A DNA stretch of 64,000 nt, taken from assembly GCF_011045215.1 (NCBI RefSeq), contig NZ_CP049201.1, one strand, 5' to 3'. Below, piece by piece: positions 49,021-60,833 of this stretch (its first letter is position 1; each line of letters begins with the position of its first letter). A program made the translations under genes and the position numbers. This stretch comes from Escherichia coli (GTDB lineage: Bacteria > Pseudomonadota > Gammaproteobacteria > Enterobacterales > Enterobacteriaceae). The notes beneath the pieces were generated by a model. That model was not told the DNA's origin. It searched no databases and saw nothing but the letters and a program-made list of their open reading frames with translations.

Positions 49021-50555
49021 GGATGCGGCTCCGTTTTGCTGGTCACATCGATGGCATCGATACGACGGCTGTTGAACAGATTGAATTTGGTATCTGAACC
49101 GTGGCAGCCATCACCAAAGGTAAAGCCGCAGCCATTTTTCTCCGGGAAGGCTTCCCGTGCCAGTTCACGATGACTACTCGGCACCACAAAGCGATCTTCG
49201 TAGTTAGCAATCGCCAGATAACGGTACATCTCCTGTGCCTGGGCTTCGGTCAGACCGACCTCTTCCAGCGCACGGGTATCAACTTTACCGTCAACGGTTT
49301 CAGCACGTTTGTAATGACGCATCGCCAGCATACGTTTCAGCGCGCGCAGTACCGGTTTGGTATCACCGGCGGTCAGCAGATTCGCCAGATACTGTACCGG
49401 AATACGCAGGCTTTCGACGTCTGGCAGAATGCCGTTGCTACCCAGCTCACCCGCGTCTGCTGCAGACTGAATCGGAGACAGAGGCGGCACGTACCAGACC
49501 ATCGGCAGTGTGCGATATTCTGGATGCAGCGGCAGCGCCAGTTTCCATTCCATTGCCATTTTATAAACCGGCGACTGCTGTGCAGCTTCAATAACGCTCA
49601 GCGGAATACCGTCTTTAATCGCCTGCTCGATGACTTTCGGATCGTTCGGATCGAGGAACACCTCCAGCTGACGCTGGTAGAGATCTTTCTCGTTCTCGGT
49701 GCTGGCTGCACGTTCAATCGCGTCGGCATCATACAGCAGCACGCCAAGATAACGGATACGACCGACACAGGTTTCTGAGCACACGGTCGGCTGACCCGCT
49801 TCAATACGCGGATAGCAGAAGATGCACTTCTCAGACTTACCGCTCTTCCAGTTGAAGTAGATTTTTTTGTACGGGCATCCGGTGATGCACATACGCCAGC
49901 CACGGCATTTATCCTGGTCGATCAGGACGATGCCATCTTCTTCACGCTTGTAAATCGCACCGCTCGGGCAGGTCGCCACACATGCCGGGTTCAGGCAGTG
50001 TTCGCACAGGCGCGGCAAATACATCATGAAGGTGTTTTCGAACTGGCTATACATCGCCTTCTGGATGTTGTCGAAGTTCTTGTCTTTCGCCAGCTTGTCA
50101 AACTCACCGCCCAGGTCATCTTCCCAGTTCGGCCCTTTTTCGATTTTCGCCATCCGTTCCCCGGTAATCAGCGAACGCGGACGGGCAATCGGCTGCGATT
50201 TGCTGCCTTCCGGCGCGGTATGCAGGTTCTGATAGTCAAAATCGAACGGCTCGTAATAATCGTCGATCCCCGGCAGATGCGGGTTAGCGAAGATTTTACC
50301 CAGCAGCATGGCACGGTTACCCATGCGCGGTTGCAGTTTGCCGTTGATTTTACGGATCCAGCCGCCTTTGTATTTTTCCTGGTTTTCCCAGTCAGTCGGG
50401 AAGCCCTGGCCCGGCTTGGTTTCCACGTTGTTGAACCACGCGTATTCCACGCCTTCACGGCTGGTCCAGACGTTTTTACAGGTAACTGAACAGGTGTGGC
50501 AGCCGATGCACTTATCGAGATTCAGCACCATGCCGACTTGTGAACGAATTTTCAT
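49017..50555 (-). CDS. narH: Nitrate reductase A beta subunit NarH
   Basis: 512 aa with multiple Fe-S Cys clusters. Confidence 0.97.
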   Translation of the reverse strand: MKIRSQVGMVLNLDKCIGCHTCSVTCKNVWTSREGVEYAWFNNVETKPGQGFPTDWENQEKYKGGWIRKINGKLQPRMGNRAMLLGKIFANPHLPGIDDYYEPFDFDYQNLHTAPEGSKSQPIARPRSLITGERMAKIEKGPNWEDDLGGEFDKLAKDKNFDNIQKAMYSQFENTFMMYLPRLCEHCLNPACVATCPSGAIYKREEDGIVLIDQDKCRGWRMCITGCPYKKIYFNWKSGKSEKCIFCYPRIEAGQPTVCSETCVGRIRYLGVLLYDADAIERAASTENEKDLYQRQLEVFLDPNDPKVIEQAIKDGIPLSVIEAAQQSPVYKMAMEWKLALPLHPEYRTLPMVWYVPPLSPIQSAADAGELGSNGILPDVESLRIPVQYLANLLTAGDTKPVLRALKRMLAMRHYKRAETVDGKVDTRALEEVGLTEAQAQEMYRYLAIANYEDRFVVPSSHRELAREAFPEKNGCGFTFGDGCHGSDTKFNLFNSRRIDAIDVTSKTEPHP

Positions 50556-53500
50556 TTTACGCTCTCCTGTACCTGGTCATTGCCTTCGCCATCTAACCAG
50601 TCAATGTTCTTCATCTTACGCACTACAACAAACTCATCGCGGTTAGAACCTACGGTGCCGTAGTAGTTAAAGCCGTATGCCAGATGGGCATAGCCGCCGA
50701 TCATATGCGTCGGTTTCGGTGTGATGCGGGTGACCGAGTTATGGATACCACCACGCTGTTGGGTAATTTCCGAACCAGGCAGGTTAACGATACGTTCCTG
50801 CGCGTGGTACATCATGGTCATCCCTGCCGGAACACGCTGGCTGACAACCGCACGGGCAGTCAGCGCACCGTTGCTGTTGAAGACTTCAATCCAGTCGTTA
50901 TCGGCGATACCCAGATCTTTGGCATCGGCTTCGCTCAACCAGACTACCGGACCACCGCGACCTAAAGTCAGCATCAGCAGGTTGTCGCTGTAGGTGGAGT
51001 GGATACCCCACTTCTGGTGCGGCGTCAGGAAGTTGAGCGCTTTTTCCGGGTTGCCGTTGGATTTCTGGCCTATCACTTCTTTCACCGAACGGGTGTCGAT
51101 CGGCGGACGATAAACCAGCAGGCTTTCACCGAAATCACGCATCCACTGGTGATCCTGATACAGTTGCTGACGACCAGAGAGCGTACGCCATGGGATCAGC
51201 TCGTGAACGTTGGTGTAACCGGCGTTGTAAGAAACGTGTTCATCTTCCAGACCAGACCAGGTCGGGCTGGAGATAATTTTGCGCGGCTGTGCCTGAATAT
51301 CGCGGAAGCGGATCTTCTCGTCTTCTTTATTCAGCGCCAGATGCGTATGGTCACGACCGGTAAATTCGCTCAGGGCAGCCCAGGCTTTCACGGCTACCTG
51401 ACCGTTGGTTTCCGGTGCCAGTGTCAGGATCATCTCTGCCGCATCAATTGCGGTGTTCAGCATCGGCTGGCCTTTCGCCGGACCTTCCGCTTTGGTGTAG
51501 TTGAGCTTACGCAGCAGATCCATCTCGCTCTGGGTGTTCCAGGCAATCCCTTTACCGCCGTTACCGATTTTCTCCATCAGCGGGCCGATAGAGGTAAAGC
51601 GTTCGTAAGTTGCCGGATAATCGCGCTCTACGACCATAATGTGCGGTGCAGTTTTGCCTGGGATCAGGTCGCATTCGCCTTTTTTCCAGTCTTTCACATC
51701 CAGCGGCTGCGCCAGTTCAGCGGCAGAGTCGTGCTGGATAGGCAGCGTGACGATGTCGGTTTCTTTACCCAGATGGCCGACGCACACTTCGGAGAATTTC
51801 TTCGCGATGGCTTTGTAGATTTCCCAGTCGCTTTTCGCTTCCCAGGCCGGATCGACCGCCGCAGACAGCGGGTGAATAAACGGATGCATATCCGAAGTAT
51901 TCATGTCGTCTTTTTCGTACCAGGTCGCCGTCGGCAAAATGATGTCGGAATAGAGACAGGTACTCGACAGACGGAAGTCCAGCGTAACCACCAGATCCAG
52001 CTTGCCTTCCAGACCATTGTCCTGCCAGTCCACTTCTTCCGGCTTCACGCCGCCCTGCTGCCCCAGATCTTTACCCTGGATACCGTGCTCCGTCCCCAGC
52101 AGGTACTTGAGCATAAACTCATGACCTTTACCGGAAGAACCGAGCAGGTTAGAACGCCAGATGAACAGGTTGCGCGGGTGGTTTTTGCCGTTTTCCGGCT
52201 GTTCCGCAGCGAAACGGATAGAACCCTCTTTCAGGGATTTCACCGTATAGTCCACCGGATTCATCCCGGCTTTTTCTGCTTCGCCAGCGATAGTCAGCGG
52301 GTTAGTGCCTAACTGCGGCGCAGACGGCAGCCAGCCCATGCGTTCTGCACGGACGTTAAAGTCGATCAGATGTCCGGTATAGCGGGATTTATCCGCCATC
52401 GGCGACAGCAGTTCTTCCGCAGTCACGGTTTCATAACGCCACTGGCTGGAGTGGTTATAGAAATAAGAGGTGCTGTTCATGTGACGCGCCGGACGCTGCC
52501 AGTCGAGGGCAAACGCCAGCGGCTGCCAGCCGGTTTGCGGACGCAGTTTTTCCTGACCTACATAGTGCGCCCAGCCGCCCCCGCTCTGACCGACACAGCC
52601 GCAGAAAATCAGCATGTTGATCAGACCACGATAGTTCATATCGAGGTGATACCAGTGGTTCAGCCCCGCACCGACGATAATCATCGAACGACCGTGCGTT
52701 TTATCAGCGTTATCGGCAAATTCACGGGCGATGCGAATAATCTGGCTGCGAGAAACGCCGGTAATCTGCTCGGCCCAGGCCGGGGTATAAGCTTTCACAT
52801 CGTCATAGCTGGTTGCACAGTTAACGTCGTTCAGGCCACGTTCCAGACCGTAGTTTGCCAGCGTCAGATCATAAACGGTGGTCACCAGGGCGGTGCTGCC
52901 ATCAGCCAGTTGCAGGCGTTTCACCGGCAGTTTGTGCAGCAGCACGTTTTCCAGTTCCACTTTGTTGAAGTGTTCCGTGCCGTCGCCACCAAAGTACGGG
53001 AAGCCTACCTCAGCGATCTCATCCTGGCTACCCAGCAGGCTCAGTTGCAGCTCGGTTTCTTCGCCAGTTTTGCCGTCGCGCTGCTCAAGATTCCATTTGC
53101 CCTTCTCGCCCCAGCGGAAGCCAATAGAACCGTTCGGCGCAACCATTTCGCCATTGGTATTAAAGGCGACAGTTTTCCATTCCGGATTGTTTTCCTGGCC
53201 CAGCGCATCAACCAGATCAGCAGCGCGCAGCATACGACCTGCAGCGTAGTAACCGTCGCGTTCTTCCAACATCACCAGCATCGGCATGTCGGTGTAGCGA
53301 CGCACATAGTCGGTGAAATACTGGCTTGGGTTGTCGAGATGGAATTCACGCAGCATTACGTGGCCCATCGCCAGCGCCATTGCCGCATCGGTGCCCTGTT
53401 TCGGTGCCAGCCACAGATCGCACAGTTTGGCGATTTCAGCGTAGTCTGGTGTGACGGCAACAGTTTTGGTGCCTTTGTAACGCACTTCAGTAAAGAAGTG

Positions 53501-54295
53501 AGCATCTGGGGTACGCGTCTGCGGCACGTTTGAACCCCAGGCGATGATGTAGCTGGAGTTGTACCAGTCAGCAGATTCCGGTACGTCAGTCTGCTCGCCC
53601 CAGGTTTGCGGCGACGCAGGAGGCAGGTCGCAGTACCAGTCGTAGAAGCTTAAGCAAGTACCGCCAATCAGCGAGAGATAGCGTGCACCCGATGCGTAAG
53701 AAACCATCGACATTGCCGGAATTGGCGAGAAACCAGCAACACGGTCCGGGCCGTAGTTTTTGATGGTGTAAACGTTAGATGCGGCGATCAGTTCGTTCAC
53801 CTCCTGCCAGGAAGAACGAACAAAACCACCGCGTCCACGCGCCTGCTTAAAGCTTTTCGCTTTATCGGCGTCTTCAATGATAGAAGCCCATGCCTCAACC
53901 GGATCGCTATGCAGCGCCTTCGCTTCACGCCACATTTTCATCAGGCGTTTGCGCATCATCGGGTATTTCAGGCGGTTGGCACTGTAAAGATACCAGGAGT
54001 AGCTGGCACCGCGCGGGCAGCCGCGAGGTTCATGGTTTGGCAGATCCGGACGGGTACGCGGATAGTCAGTCTGCTGGGTTTCCCAGGTGACCAGACCGTT
54101 TTTGACGTAGATTTTCCAGCTGCAGGAGCCGGTGCAGTTTACCCCGTGGGTAGAGCGGACGATTTTGTCATGCTGCCAACGCTGGCGATATCCATCCTCC
54201 CAGTCACGGTTGGTATTGAGAAGCTGGCCATGCCCATCGGCAAAGGTTTCACCCTTCTGTTTGAAGTAGCGAAACCGGTCCAGGAATTTACTCAT
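50552..54295 (-). CDS. narG: Nitrate reductase A alpha subunit NarG
   Basis: 1247-aa molybdopterin enzyme. Confidence 0.97.
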   Translation of the reverse strand: MSKFLDRFRYFKQKGETFADGHGQLLNTNRDWEDGYRQRWQHDKIVRSTHGVNCTGSCSWKIYVKNGLVTWETQQTDYPRTRPDLPNHEPRGCPRGASYSWYLYSANRLKYPMMRKRLMKMWREAKALHSDPVEAWASIIEDADKAKSFKQARGRGGFVRSSWQEVNELIAASNVYTIKNYGPDRVAGFSPIPAMSMVSYASGARYLSLIGGTCLSFYDWYCDLPPASPQTWGEQTDVPESADWYNSSYIIAWGSNVPQTRTPDAHFFTEVRYKGTKTVAVTPDYAEIAKLCDLWLAPKQGTDAAMALAMGHVMLREFHLDNPSQYFTDYVRRYTDMPMLVMLEERDGYYAAGRMLRAADLVDALGQENNPEWKTVAFNTNGEMVAPNGSIGFRWGEKGKWNLEQRDGKTGEETELQLSLLGSQDEIAEVGFPYFGGDGTEHFNKVELENVLLHKLPVKRLQLADGSTALVTTVYDLTLANYGLERGLNDVNCATSYDDVKAYTPAWAEQITGVSRSQIIRIAREFADNADKTHGRSMIIVGAGLNHWYHLDMNYRGLINMLIFCGCVGQSGGGWAHYVGQEKLRPQTGWQPLAFALDWQRPARHMNSTSYFYNHSSQWRYETVTAEELLSPMADKSRYTGHLIDFNVRAERMGWLPSAPQLGTNPLTIAGEAEKAGMNPVDYTVKSLKEGSIRFAAEQPENGKNHPRNLFIWRSNLLGSSGKGHEFMLKYLLGTEHGIQGKDLGQQGGVKPEEVDWQDNGLEGKLDLVVTLDFRLSSTCLYSDIILPTATWYEKDDMNTSDMHPFIHPLSAAVDPAWEAKSDWEIYKAIAKKFSEVCVGHLGKETDIVTLPIQHDSAAELAQPLDVKDWKKGECDLIPGKTAPHIMVVERDYPATYERFTSIGPLMEKIGNGGKGIAWNTQSEMDLLRKLNYTKAEGPAKGQPMLNTAIDAAEMILTLAPETNGQVAVKAWAALSEFTGRDHTHLALNKEDEKIRFRDIQAQPRKIISSPTWSGLEDEHVSYNAGYTNVHELIPWRTLSGRQQLYQDHQWMRDFGESLLVYRPPIDTRSVKEVIGQKSNGNPEKALNFLTPHQKWGIHSTYSDNLLMLTLGRGGPVVWLSEADAKDLGIADNDWIEVFNSNGALTARAVVSQRVPAGMTMMYHAQERIVNLPGSEITQQRGGIHNSVTRITPKPTHMIGGYAHLAYGFNYYGTVGSNRDEFVVVRKMKNIDWLDGEGNDQVQESVK

Positions 54296-54386
54296 CGGTT
54301 TTCTCCTGTGGGAGCCTGTCGGCCCTCTGATAAATCGACATTGCTAATGTTTAAGGGCAAGGTAACGCTCTGAAACAGCGTGGGAA

Positions 54387-54400
54387 TTGATAACGATCAA
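54387..54400. promoter_or_regulatory. FNR box of the narG promoter
   Basis: TTGATaacgATCAA is a perfect FNR consensus, about 90 bp upstream of the narG ATG. Confidence 0.8.
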
Positions 54401-54533
54401 GAGTGATGGGGATGAAAAATAAAGTAAATTCCTAAGATACCCCTTTAGGATAATTAACAGTTACAGCATAACATGCTGTAAATTAAGACGTTTTATACCT
54501 GTAGTTATTTAAACTATTAAGATTTTTATGCAA

Positions 54534-54550
54534 ATGGGTATTAAGGAGTA
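54534..54550 (-). promoter_or_regulatory. NarL heptamers of the narG upstream region
   Basis: Minus-sense TACTCCT-taa-TACCCAT matches the TACYYMT heptamer consensus. Confidence 0.6.
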
Positions 54551-54687
54551 TTCCCCATGGGTAACATATTAATGGCTCTTAATGAAATCCGGCGAAATAA
54601 ACCATATAACATTAGTATGTTGTAACTAAATGACGCATAAAAAAAGCGCGACATCATGCCGCGCAAAGGATAATCAAATATTAAGAT

Positions 54688-56079
54688 TTATTTTTTAGAA
54701 TGCCGACCATATACCGCCCAGGTAATCACTACGCAGGCGATATAGAAAATCAAAAATACCTTCATTGCGCCGACTGGCGAACCCGTTAATGCCAGCGAGC
54801 TACCAAATGCTTTCGGGATAAAGAAGCCACCAATCGCGCCAATCGCAGAGATGAAACCCAGGGCCGCCGCCGTGTCGGTTGCCGCTTCACGCATCGCACG
54901 CTCGTCAGAACCCCCTTCTGCTTTCACGCGATCCATTGTCAGTTTACGGAAGATCACTGAAATCATCTGGAAAGTGGAACCACTACCCAGCCCAGCTGTC
55001 AGGAACAGCGCCAGGAAGACCGCGAAGAACGCCATGAAGCTTCCGCCCTGCCCGTCAGTCGGTAAGGTCAGGAACAGCAGGCCGCTGAAAATCGCCATCA
55101 GAATAAAGTTCACCAGCGTGACACGAGTTCCGCCCAGACGGTCAGATAATGCACCACCTGCAGAACGCGCCAGCGCACCAATAAACGGCCCGAAGAAAGC
55201 GTATTGCAGAATCTGAACATCCGGGAACTGCGTTTTTGACAGCATCGCAAAGCCCGCGGAGAAGCCGATAAAGGAGCCGAAGGTTGCCAGATACAGCAGG
55301 CTCATAATCCACAGATGACCCCGTTTGAGTACCGGCAACTGCTCCTTGATGGAGGCTTTCGAGGTAGCAAGATCGTTCATGCCAAACCACGCCGCAATGG
55401 TGAAGATGGCAAGGAACGGCACCCATATCCAGGACGCATTCGCCAGATACAGCTCAGTCCCATCCGGCTGTTTGACGCCCTGGCTACCAAATACTGCGAA
55501 AATCGACAGTGATACCACCAGCGGAGCAACCAACTGCATGACGCTGACGCCCATGTTGCCCAGACCACCATTCAGACCCAGCGCGCCACCCTGCTTCTGT
55601 TTCGGAAAGAAGAAGCTGATGTTTGCCATACTGGAAGCGAAGTTCGCGCCAGCAAAGCCGCACAGCAGAGAGATGATGATGAAGACGCTATAAGGCGTGG
55701 AGGTATCCTGCACGGCAAAACCCAGCCAGACACAAGGAATAATCAGAATACCGGTGCTGAACGCCGTCCAGCGACGACCACCGAAGATAGGAACCATAAA
55801 GGAGTATGGAACACGTAATAACGCGCCAGAAACCGAAGGCAGCGCAGTCAACATAAATAGCTGATCGGTCGTAAAATTAAAACCGACTTTCGGTAAGTTC
55901 ACCGCAACAGCGCTGAACAACATCCATACGCAAAACGCCAGCAGCAGACAGGGAACGGAAATCCACAGGTTGCGGCTGGCAATACGTTGACCGCGTTGTT
56001 GCCAGAACGCAGGATCTTCCGGTCGCCAATCTGTAATGACAGCTCCAGTAGCCCTTTCGGGGGCGGATGAGTGACTCAT
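54688..56079 (-). CDS. narK: Nitrate/nitrite transporter NarK
   Basis: MSHSSAPERATGAVITDWRPEDPAFWQQRGQ..., 463-aa MFS protein. Confidence 0.95.
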   Translation of the reverse strand: MSHSSAPERATGAVITDWRPEDPAFWQQRGQRIASRNLWISVPCLLLAFCVWMLFSAVAVNLPKVGFNFTTDQLFMLTALPSVSGALLRVPYSFMVPIFGGRRWTAFSTGILIIPCVWLGFAVQDTSTPYSVFIIISLLCGFAGANFASSMANISFFFPKQKQGGALGLNGGLGNMGVSVMQLVAPLVVSLSIFAVFGSQGVKQPDGTELYLANASWIWVPFLAIFTIAAWFGMNDLATSKASIKEQLPVLKRGHLWIMSLLYLATFGSFIGFSAGFAMLSKTQFPDVQILQYAFFGPFIGALARSAGGALSDRLGGTRVTLVNFILMAIFSGLLFLTLPTDGQGGSFMAFFAVFLALFLTAGLGSGSTFQMISVIFRKLTMDRVKAEGGSDERAMREAATDTAAALGFISAIGAIGGFFIPKAFGSSLALTGSPVGAMKVFLIFYIACVVITWAVYGRHSKK

Positions 56080-56176
56080 AGACACCTCTGATACTCGTTT
56101 CGATGTCTGCCACCTTAGTGTCTGTAGCTAAAGGCAATTTGATGTAAATCAAACGATAAGATAACTTTATCTATCA

Positions 56177-56205
56177 TTGATATTTATCATTACCCATAGT
56201 GAGTA
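56177..56205. promoter_or_regulatory. narK promoter FNR-like box and adjacent NarL 7-2-7-like site
   Basis: TTGATatttATCAT (56177-56190) followed by TACCCATagTGAGTA. Confidence 0.55.
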
Positions 56206-56417
56206 CAGTGATTTCATAAAAATTATGAGATTTTTCACGGTGCTGTAGAATCCCTACCCTTACCGATGTAAAGCGACTAACCACACGGCAAATAAGGAGT
56301 AACTCTTTCCGGGTATGGGTATACTTCAGCCAATAGCCGAGAATACTGCCATTCCAGAATGTATCGTCACATTCATTAAGGTTATTGCTCATTTAAAGCC
56401 TGAAGGAAGAGGTTTAC

Positions 56418-58214
56418 ATGCTTAAACGTTGTCTCTCTCCGCTCACCCTGGTTAATCAGGTTGCGCTTATTGTGTTGCTTTCTACTGCTATTGGACTGGC
56501 AGGGATGGCGGTTTCTGGCTGGCTGGTGCAAGGCGTTCAGGGCAGCGCCCATGCGATCAACAAAGCGGGATCGCTGCGCATGCAAAGTTACCGTCTGTTG
56601 GCGGCAGTTCCATTAAGCGAGAAAGACAAGCCCTTAATTAAAGAGATGGAACAAACGGCATTTAGCGCCGAGTTGACTCGAGCAGCAGAACGAGACGGAC
56701 AACTGGCGCAATTACAAGGTTTACAAGATTACTGGCGTAATGAACTGATCCCTGCGCTGATGCGTGCACAAAACCGAGAAACGGTGTCAGCGGATGTCAG
56801 CCAGTTTGTTGCCGGGCTTGATCAGCTGGTATCTGGTTTTGACCGCACCACGGAAATGCGCATTGAGACAGTGGTACTGGTCCATCGGGTAATGGCGGTA
56901 TTTATGGCACTTTTACTGGTGTTCACTATTATCTGGTTGCGGGCGCGACTGCTACAACCGTGGCGGCAACTGCTGGCAATGGCGAGTGCCGTCAGCCATC
57001 GCGATTTTACCCAACGCGCAAACATCAGCGGGCGCAACGAAATGGCGATGCTTGGAACTGCGTTGAACAATATGTCTGCAGAACTGGCCGAAAGTTATGC
57101 CGTACTTGAGCAGCGGGTTCAGGAGAAAACCGCCGGGCTGGAGCATAAAAATCAGATCCTCTCTTTTTTATGGCAGGCTAACCGCCGTTTGCATTCCCGC
57201 GCCCCGCTGTGTGAACGCCTGTCACCTGTACTCAACGGCTTACAGAATTTAACCCTGCTACGTGATATCGAACTGCGGGTGTATGACACTGATGATGAAG
57301 AGAATCATCAGGAGTTTACCTGCCAGCCAGATATGACTTGTGATGATAAAGGCTGCCAGCTCTGCCCGCGCGGCGTATTACCCGTTGGTGATCGCGGCAC
57401 GACCCTGAAGTGGCGGCTGGCTGACTCTCATACGCAGTACGGTATTTTGCTGGCGACCCTGCCGCAGGGGCGTCATCTTAGCCATGATCAACAACAACTG
57501 GTGGATACCCTGGTTGAACAACTCACCGCCACGCTGGCGCTGGATCGGCATCAGGAACGTCAGCAACAGTTGATCGTGATGGAAGAGCGTGCCACCATTG
57601 CGCGCGAACTGCATGATTCTATTGCCCAATCTCTCTCTTGCATGAAGATGCAGGTGAGTTGTTTACAGATGCAGGGCGATGCGCTGCCAGAAAGCAGCCG
57701 CGAACTGTTAAGTCAGATCCGTAACGAACTGAATGCATCCTGGGCGCAGTTGCGTGAATTGCTCACCACATTCCGCTTGCAGCTCACCGAGCCTGGATTA
57801 CGTCCGGCGCTGGAGGCGAGTTGCGAAGAGTACAGCGCCAAATTTGGCTTCCCGGTGAAGCTGGATTATCAATTGCCGCCTCGTCTGGTGCCTTCGCATC
57901 AGGCAATCCACTTGTTGCAAATTGCCCGTGAGGCATTAAGTAACGCCCTCAAACATTCGCAAGCGAGTGAAGTCGTGGTGACGGTGGCGCAAAACGATAA
58001 TCAGGTCAAACTGACCGTCCAGGATAACGGCTGCGGCGTGCCTGAAAATGCCATCCGCAGCAATCACTACGGCATGATAATAATGCGCGACCGTGCGCAA
58101 AGTTTACGAGGCGATTGCCGCGTCCGCCGTCGTGAATCAGGTGGCACCGAAGTGGTGGTCACCTTTATTCCCGAAAAAACTTTCACAGACGTCCAAGGAG
58201 ATACCCATGAGTAA
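56418..58214 (+). CDS. narX: Nitrate/nitrite sensor kinase NarX
   Basis: 598 aa with HAMP and histidine kinase domains (ELHDSIAQ H-box). Confidence 0.97.
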
Positions 58215-58857
58215 TCAGGAACCGGCTACTATCCTGCTGATTGACGATCACCCGATGCTGCGAACTGGCGTAAAACAGCTTATCAGTATGGCACCAGATA
58301 TCACCGTGGTTGGCGAAGCGAGTAATGGCGAACAGGGTATTGAACTGGCGGAGTCTCTTGATCCCGATCTGATCCTGTTAGATCTCAATATGCCCGGCAT
58401 GAACGGTCTGGAAACGCTGGATAAACTGCGCGAAAAGTCCCTCTCAGGGCGCATTGTGGTATTCAGCGTCTCTAACCATGAAGAAGATGTGGTCACCGCA
58501 CTGAAACGCGGCGCGGATGGCTATCTGTTAAAAGATATGGAACCGGAAGATCTGCTGAAAGCATTGCATCAGGCAGCTGCTGGCGAAATGGTATTAAGCG
58601 AAGCATTAACGCCTGTTCTGGCCGCCAGCTTGCGCGCTAACCGTGCCACGACTGAGCGCGATGTTAACCAGTTAACCCCACGCGAGCGCGATATTCTCAA
58701 GCTGATTGCCCAGGGTTTGCCGAACAAGATGATTGCCCGCCGCCTGGACATCACCGAAAGCACAGTAAAAGTGCACGTCAAGCACATGCTGAAGAAAATG
58801 AAGCTCAAGTCTCGCGTGGAAGCAGCGGTATGGGTGCATCAGGAGCGCATTTTCTGA
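58207..58857 (+). CDS. narL: Nitrate/nitrite response regulator NarL
   Basis: [25 protein letters not shown]..., 216 aa, LuxR-type HTH. Confidence 0.97.
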
Positions 58858-60252
58858 TTACGGTTCCCAGCGCAGTTCGTCGTTTGACAATGCGTCGAAC
58901 GGTTCGACAAGCGTTAGCGTGATCTCATTGGAGGAGACACGCTGCCCCTGGTTATCTTCCACCACCACCGACAATCGCCAGTGATTGCTCGCCCCTTCCC
59001 CGTTCTGCCAGTCAGGCATGATCAGCGTCCAGCCCTCCGCGCTGTTGGCTTGTGCGCCCGGCGTCAAACTTAATATCTGCGTATCGCCCTGCCAAATCAG
59101 TTGCCGAATACCGTAACGACTGCGGATTTGTAATTTCAGCGGCACTGTTTCGCCAGGTTTTAAATCCCACGGCGGTGTCGCCAGAAACACCGTTAACGTT
59201 TTTCGCTGTCGGTACTCAAGAGTCGGTAGATTATTTCGCTGCGGATTATCATAGCGACTACCACGTAACGACTGACTTTCGGCAACCTCGCCCGCAGAAA
59301 GTTGTTTTTTGAGCGGTACACCAAAGCGGTAATTAAGATTCAGCCCGAGGTTATTTTGATTCTCGCCACTTTCACCCTGTTTATGCTGGGCCGTCACAGT
59401 GACTAATGGCACAGGGGTGTAATTTAATCCCAGACTCAACGCGACGGGATTGTGATAACCCGTACCAGAGTTAAACAAATCAACACGATCACCAAAATAC
59501 TGTTCTACGCTGACACTGGTATTGAGGTGTTGATAGAACGGCATGCGCATCCGGGCTGTCAGGTCGTACCCGCGCGCCATCCGTTGTTCCTGCGTGGCTG
59601 TCTGTTCATGCCATGCAGCAAATGGCTGATAAAAGTTTGCCGATAGTCGCAAATATTCGCCCCACGCTTCGGCACCAAAGCCCGCTCGCTGAAGATTTTC
59701 GTCCATCAAGTTGTCATAAAAAGTGTTATAACCCACCAGCCAGTTGCCGCGCGCCCAGCGTTGCCCAACGCCCACATTGCTCACCAACCCATCATCCTGC
59801 TGAGTAAGACCAAGCTGGCTCCAGGTGAGATAACGATCATTATCTTGTAACGGCACAAACCAGCTTCCACGACTGCCGGTAAAATGACCTTCGTTATCCA
59901 CTTTGACGTCAACACTGGCATTTCCCCACGGTGATAGCCAGGACTCTACGTGCTGATTAACCTGTTGACTAAGCGCGTCGCGGACTTTTCCCAATGCGAA
60001 AGCTTTTGCCTGCTCGCCAGTATCCAGCCCGTTATCATTCATACTGGTTTCGCCGAAATCTTTCACAATTTCAGCAAAGTGTTTTTCCCCATCATGATTT
60101 TCAGGTGCCATGCCTAAATCCGGCAGACCATCATTGTTATTATCAAAGGGATTTGCCGCTTTTTGCTCGAAGGTAGATTGTGCGTTAGCTGTACCGCCTG
60201 CCGCCAGCAAGAGTAAATAAAACGGAATAATGCGAGGAACGAAACGGCTCAA
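58858..60252 (-). CDS. ychO: Invasin/intimin-like outer membrane protein YchO
   Basis: 464 aa with a signal peptide and a beta-barrel-like domain. K-12 synteny. Confidence 0.85.
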   Translation of the reverse strand: MSRFVPRIIPFYLLLLAAGGTANAQSTFEQKAANPFDNNNDGLPDLGMAPENHDGEKHFAEIVKDFGETSMNDNGLDTGEQAKAFALGKVRDALSQQVNQHVESWLSPWGNASVDVKVDNEGHFTGSRGSWFVPLQDNDRYLTWSQLGLTQQDDGLVSNVGVGQRWARGNWLVGYNTFYDNLMDENLQRAGFGAEAWGEYLRLSANFYQPFAAWHEQTATQEQRMARGYDLTARMRMPFYQHLNTSVSVEQYFGDRVDLFNSGTGYHNPVALSLGLNYTPVPLVTVTAQHKQGESGENQNNLGLNLNYRFGVPLKKQLSAGEVAESQSLRGSRYDNPQRNNLPTLEYRQRKTLTVFLATPPWDLKPGETVPLKLQIRSRYGIRQLIWQGDTQILSLTPGAQANSAEGWTLIMPDWQNGEGASNHWRLSVVVEDNQGQRVSSNEITLTLVEPFDALSNDELRWEP

Positions 60253-60274
60253 AACGTCGGTAACTTCCGGTAAT

Positions 60275-60314
<40 letters not shown>

Positions 60315-60315
60315 A

Positions 60316-60419
<104 letters not shown>

Positions 60420-60436
60420 GAATACAGGAGTAAATA

Positions 60437-60790
60437 ATGCAAAAAATCGTGATCGTTGCCAATGGCGCACCTTACGGGAGCGAATCCTTGTTTAACAGCT
60501 TGCGGCTGGCCATTGCGTTACGAGAGCAGGAGAGCAATCTGGATCTGCGTCTCTTCCTGATGTCTGATGCGGTCACAGCCGGGTTGCGCGGGCAAAAACC
60601 AGGGGAAGGCTACAACATTCAGCAAATGCTGGAGATCCTTACCGCTCAGAATGTACCGGTGAAATTGTGCAAAACCTGTACCGACGGGCGCGGGATTAGT
60701 ACACTTCCTCTGATTGATGGGGTGGAAATCGGTACTCTTGTGGAACTGGCGCAATGGACGCTGTCAGCCGATAAAGTGCTCACATTTTAA
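60437..60790 (+). CDS. ychN: DsrE/TusD-like protein YchN
   Basis: 117 aa, MQKIVIVANGAPYGSESLFNSLRLA... Confidence 0.9.
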   Translation: MQKIVIVANGAPYGSESLFNSLRLAIALREQESNLDLRLFLMSDAVTAGLRGQKPGEGYNIQQMLEILTAQNVPVKLCKTCTDGRGISTLPLIDGVEIGTLVELAQWTLSADKVLTF

Positions 60791-60833
60791 TGTTTGAGGG
60801 GGCGTCTGACGCCCCACGATGAGGGAAGTTTAC

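Noticed and set aside
50999-53533. 437-aa and 387-aa ORFs antisense to narG
   Set aside because: These are shadow frames of a long, well-recognised gene. They have no RBS and an implausible Arg/Phe/Val-rich composition.
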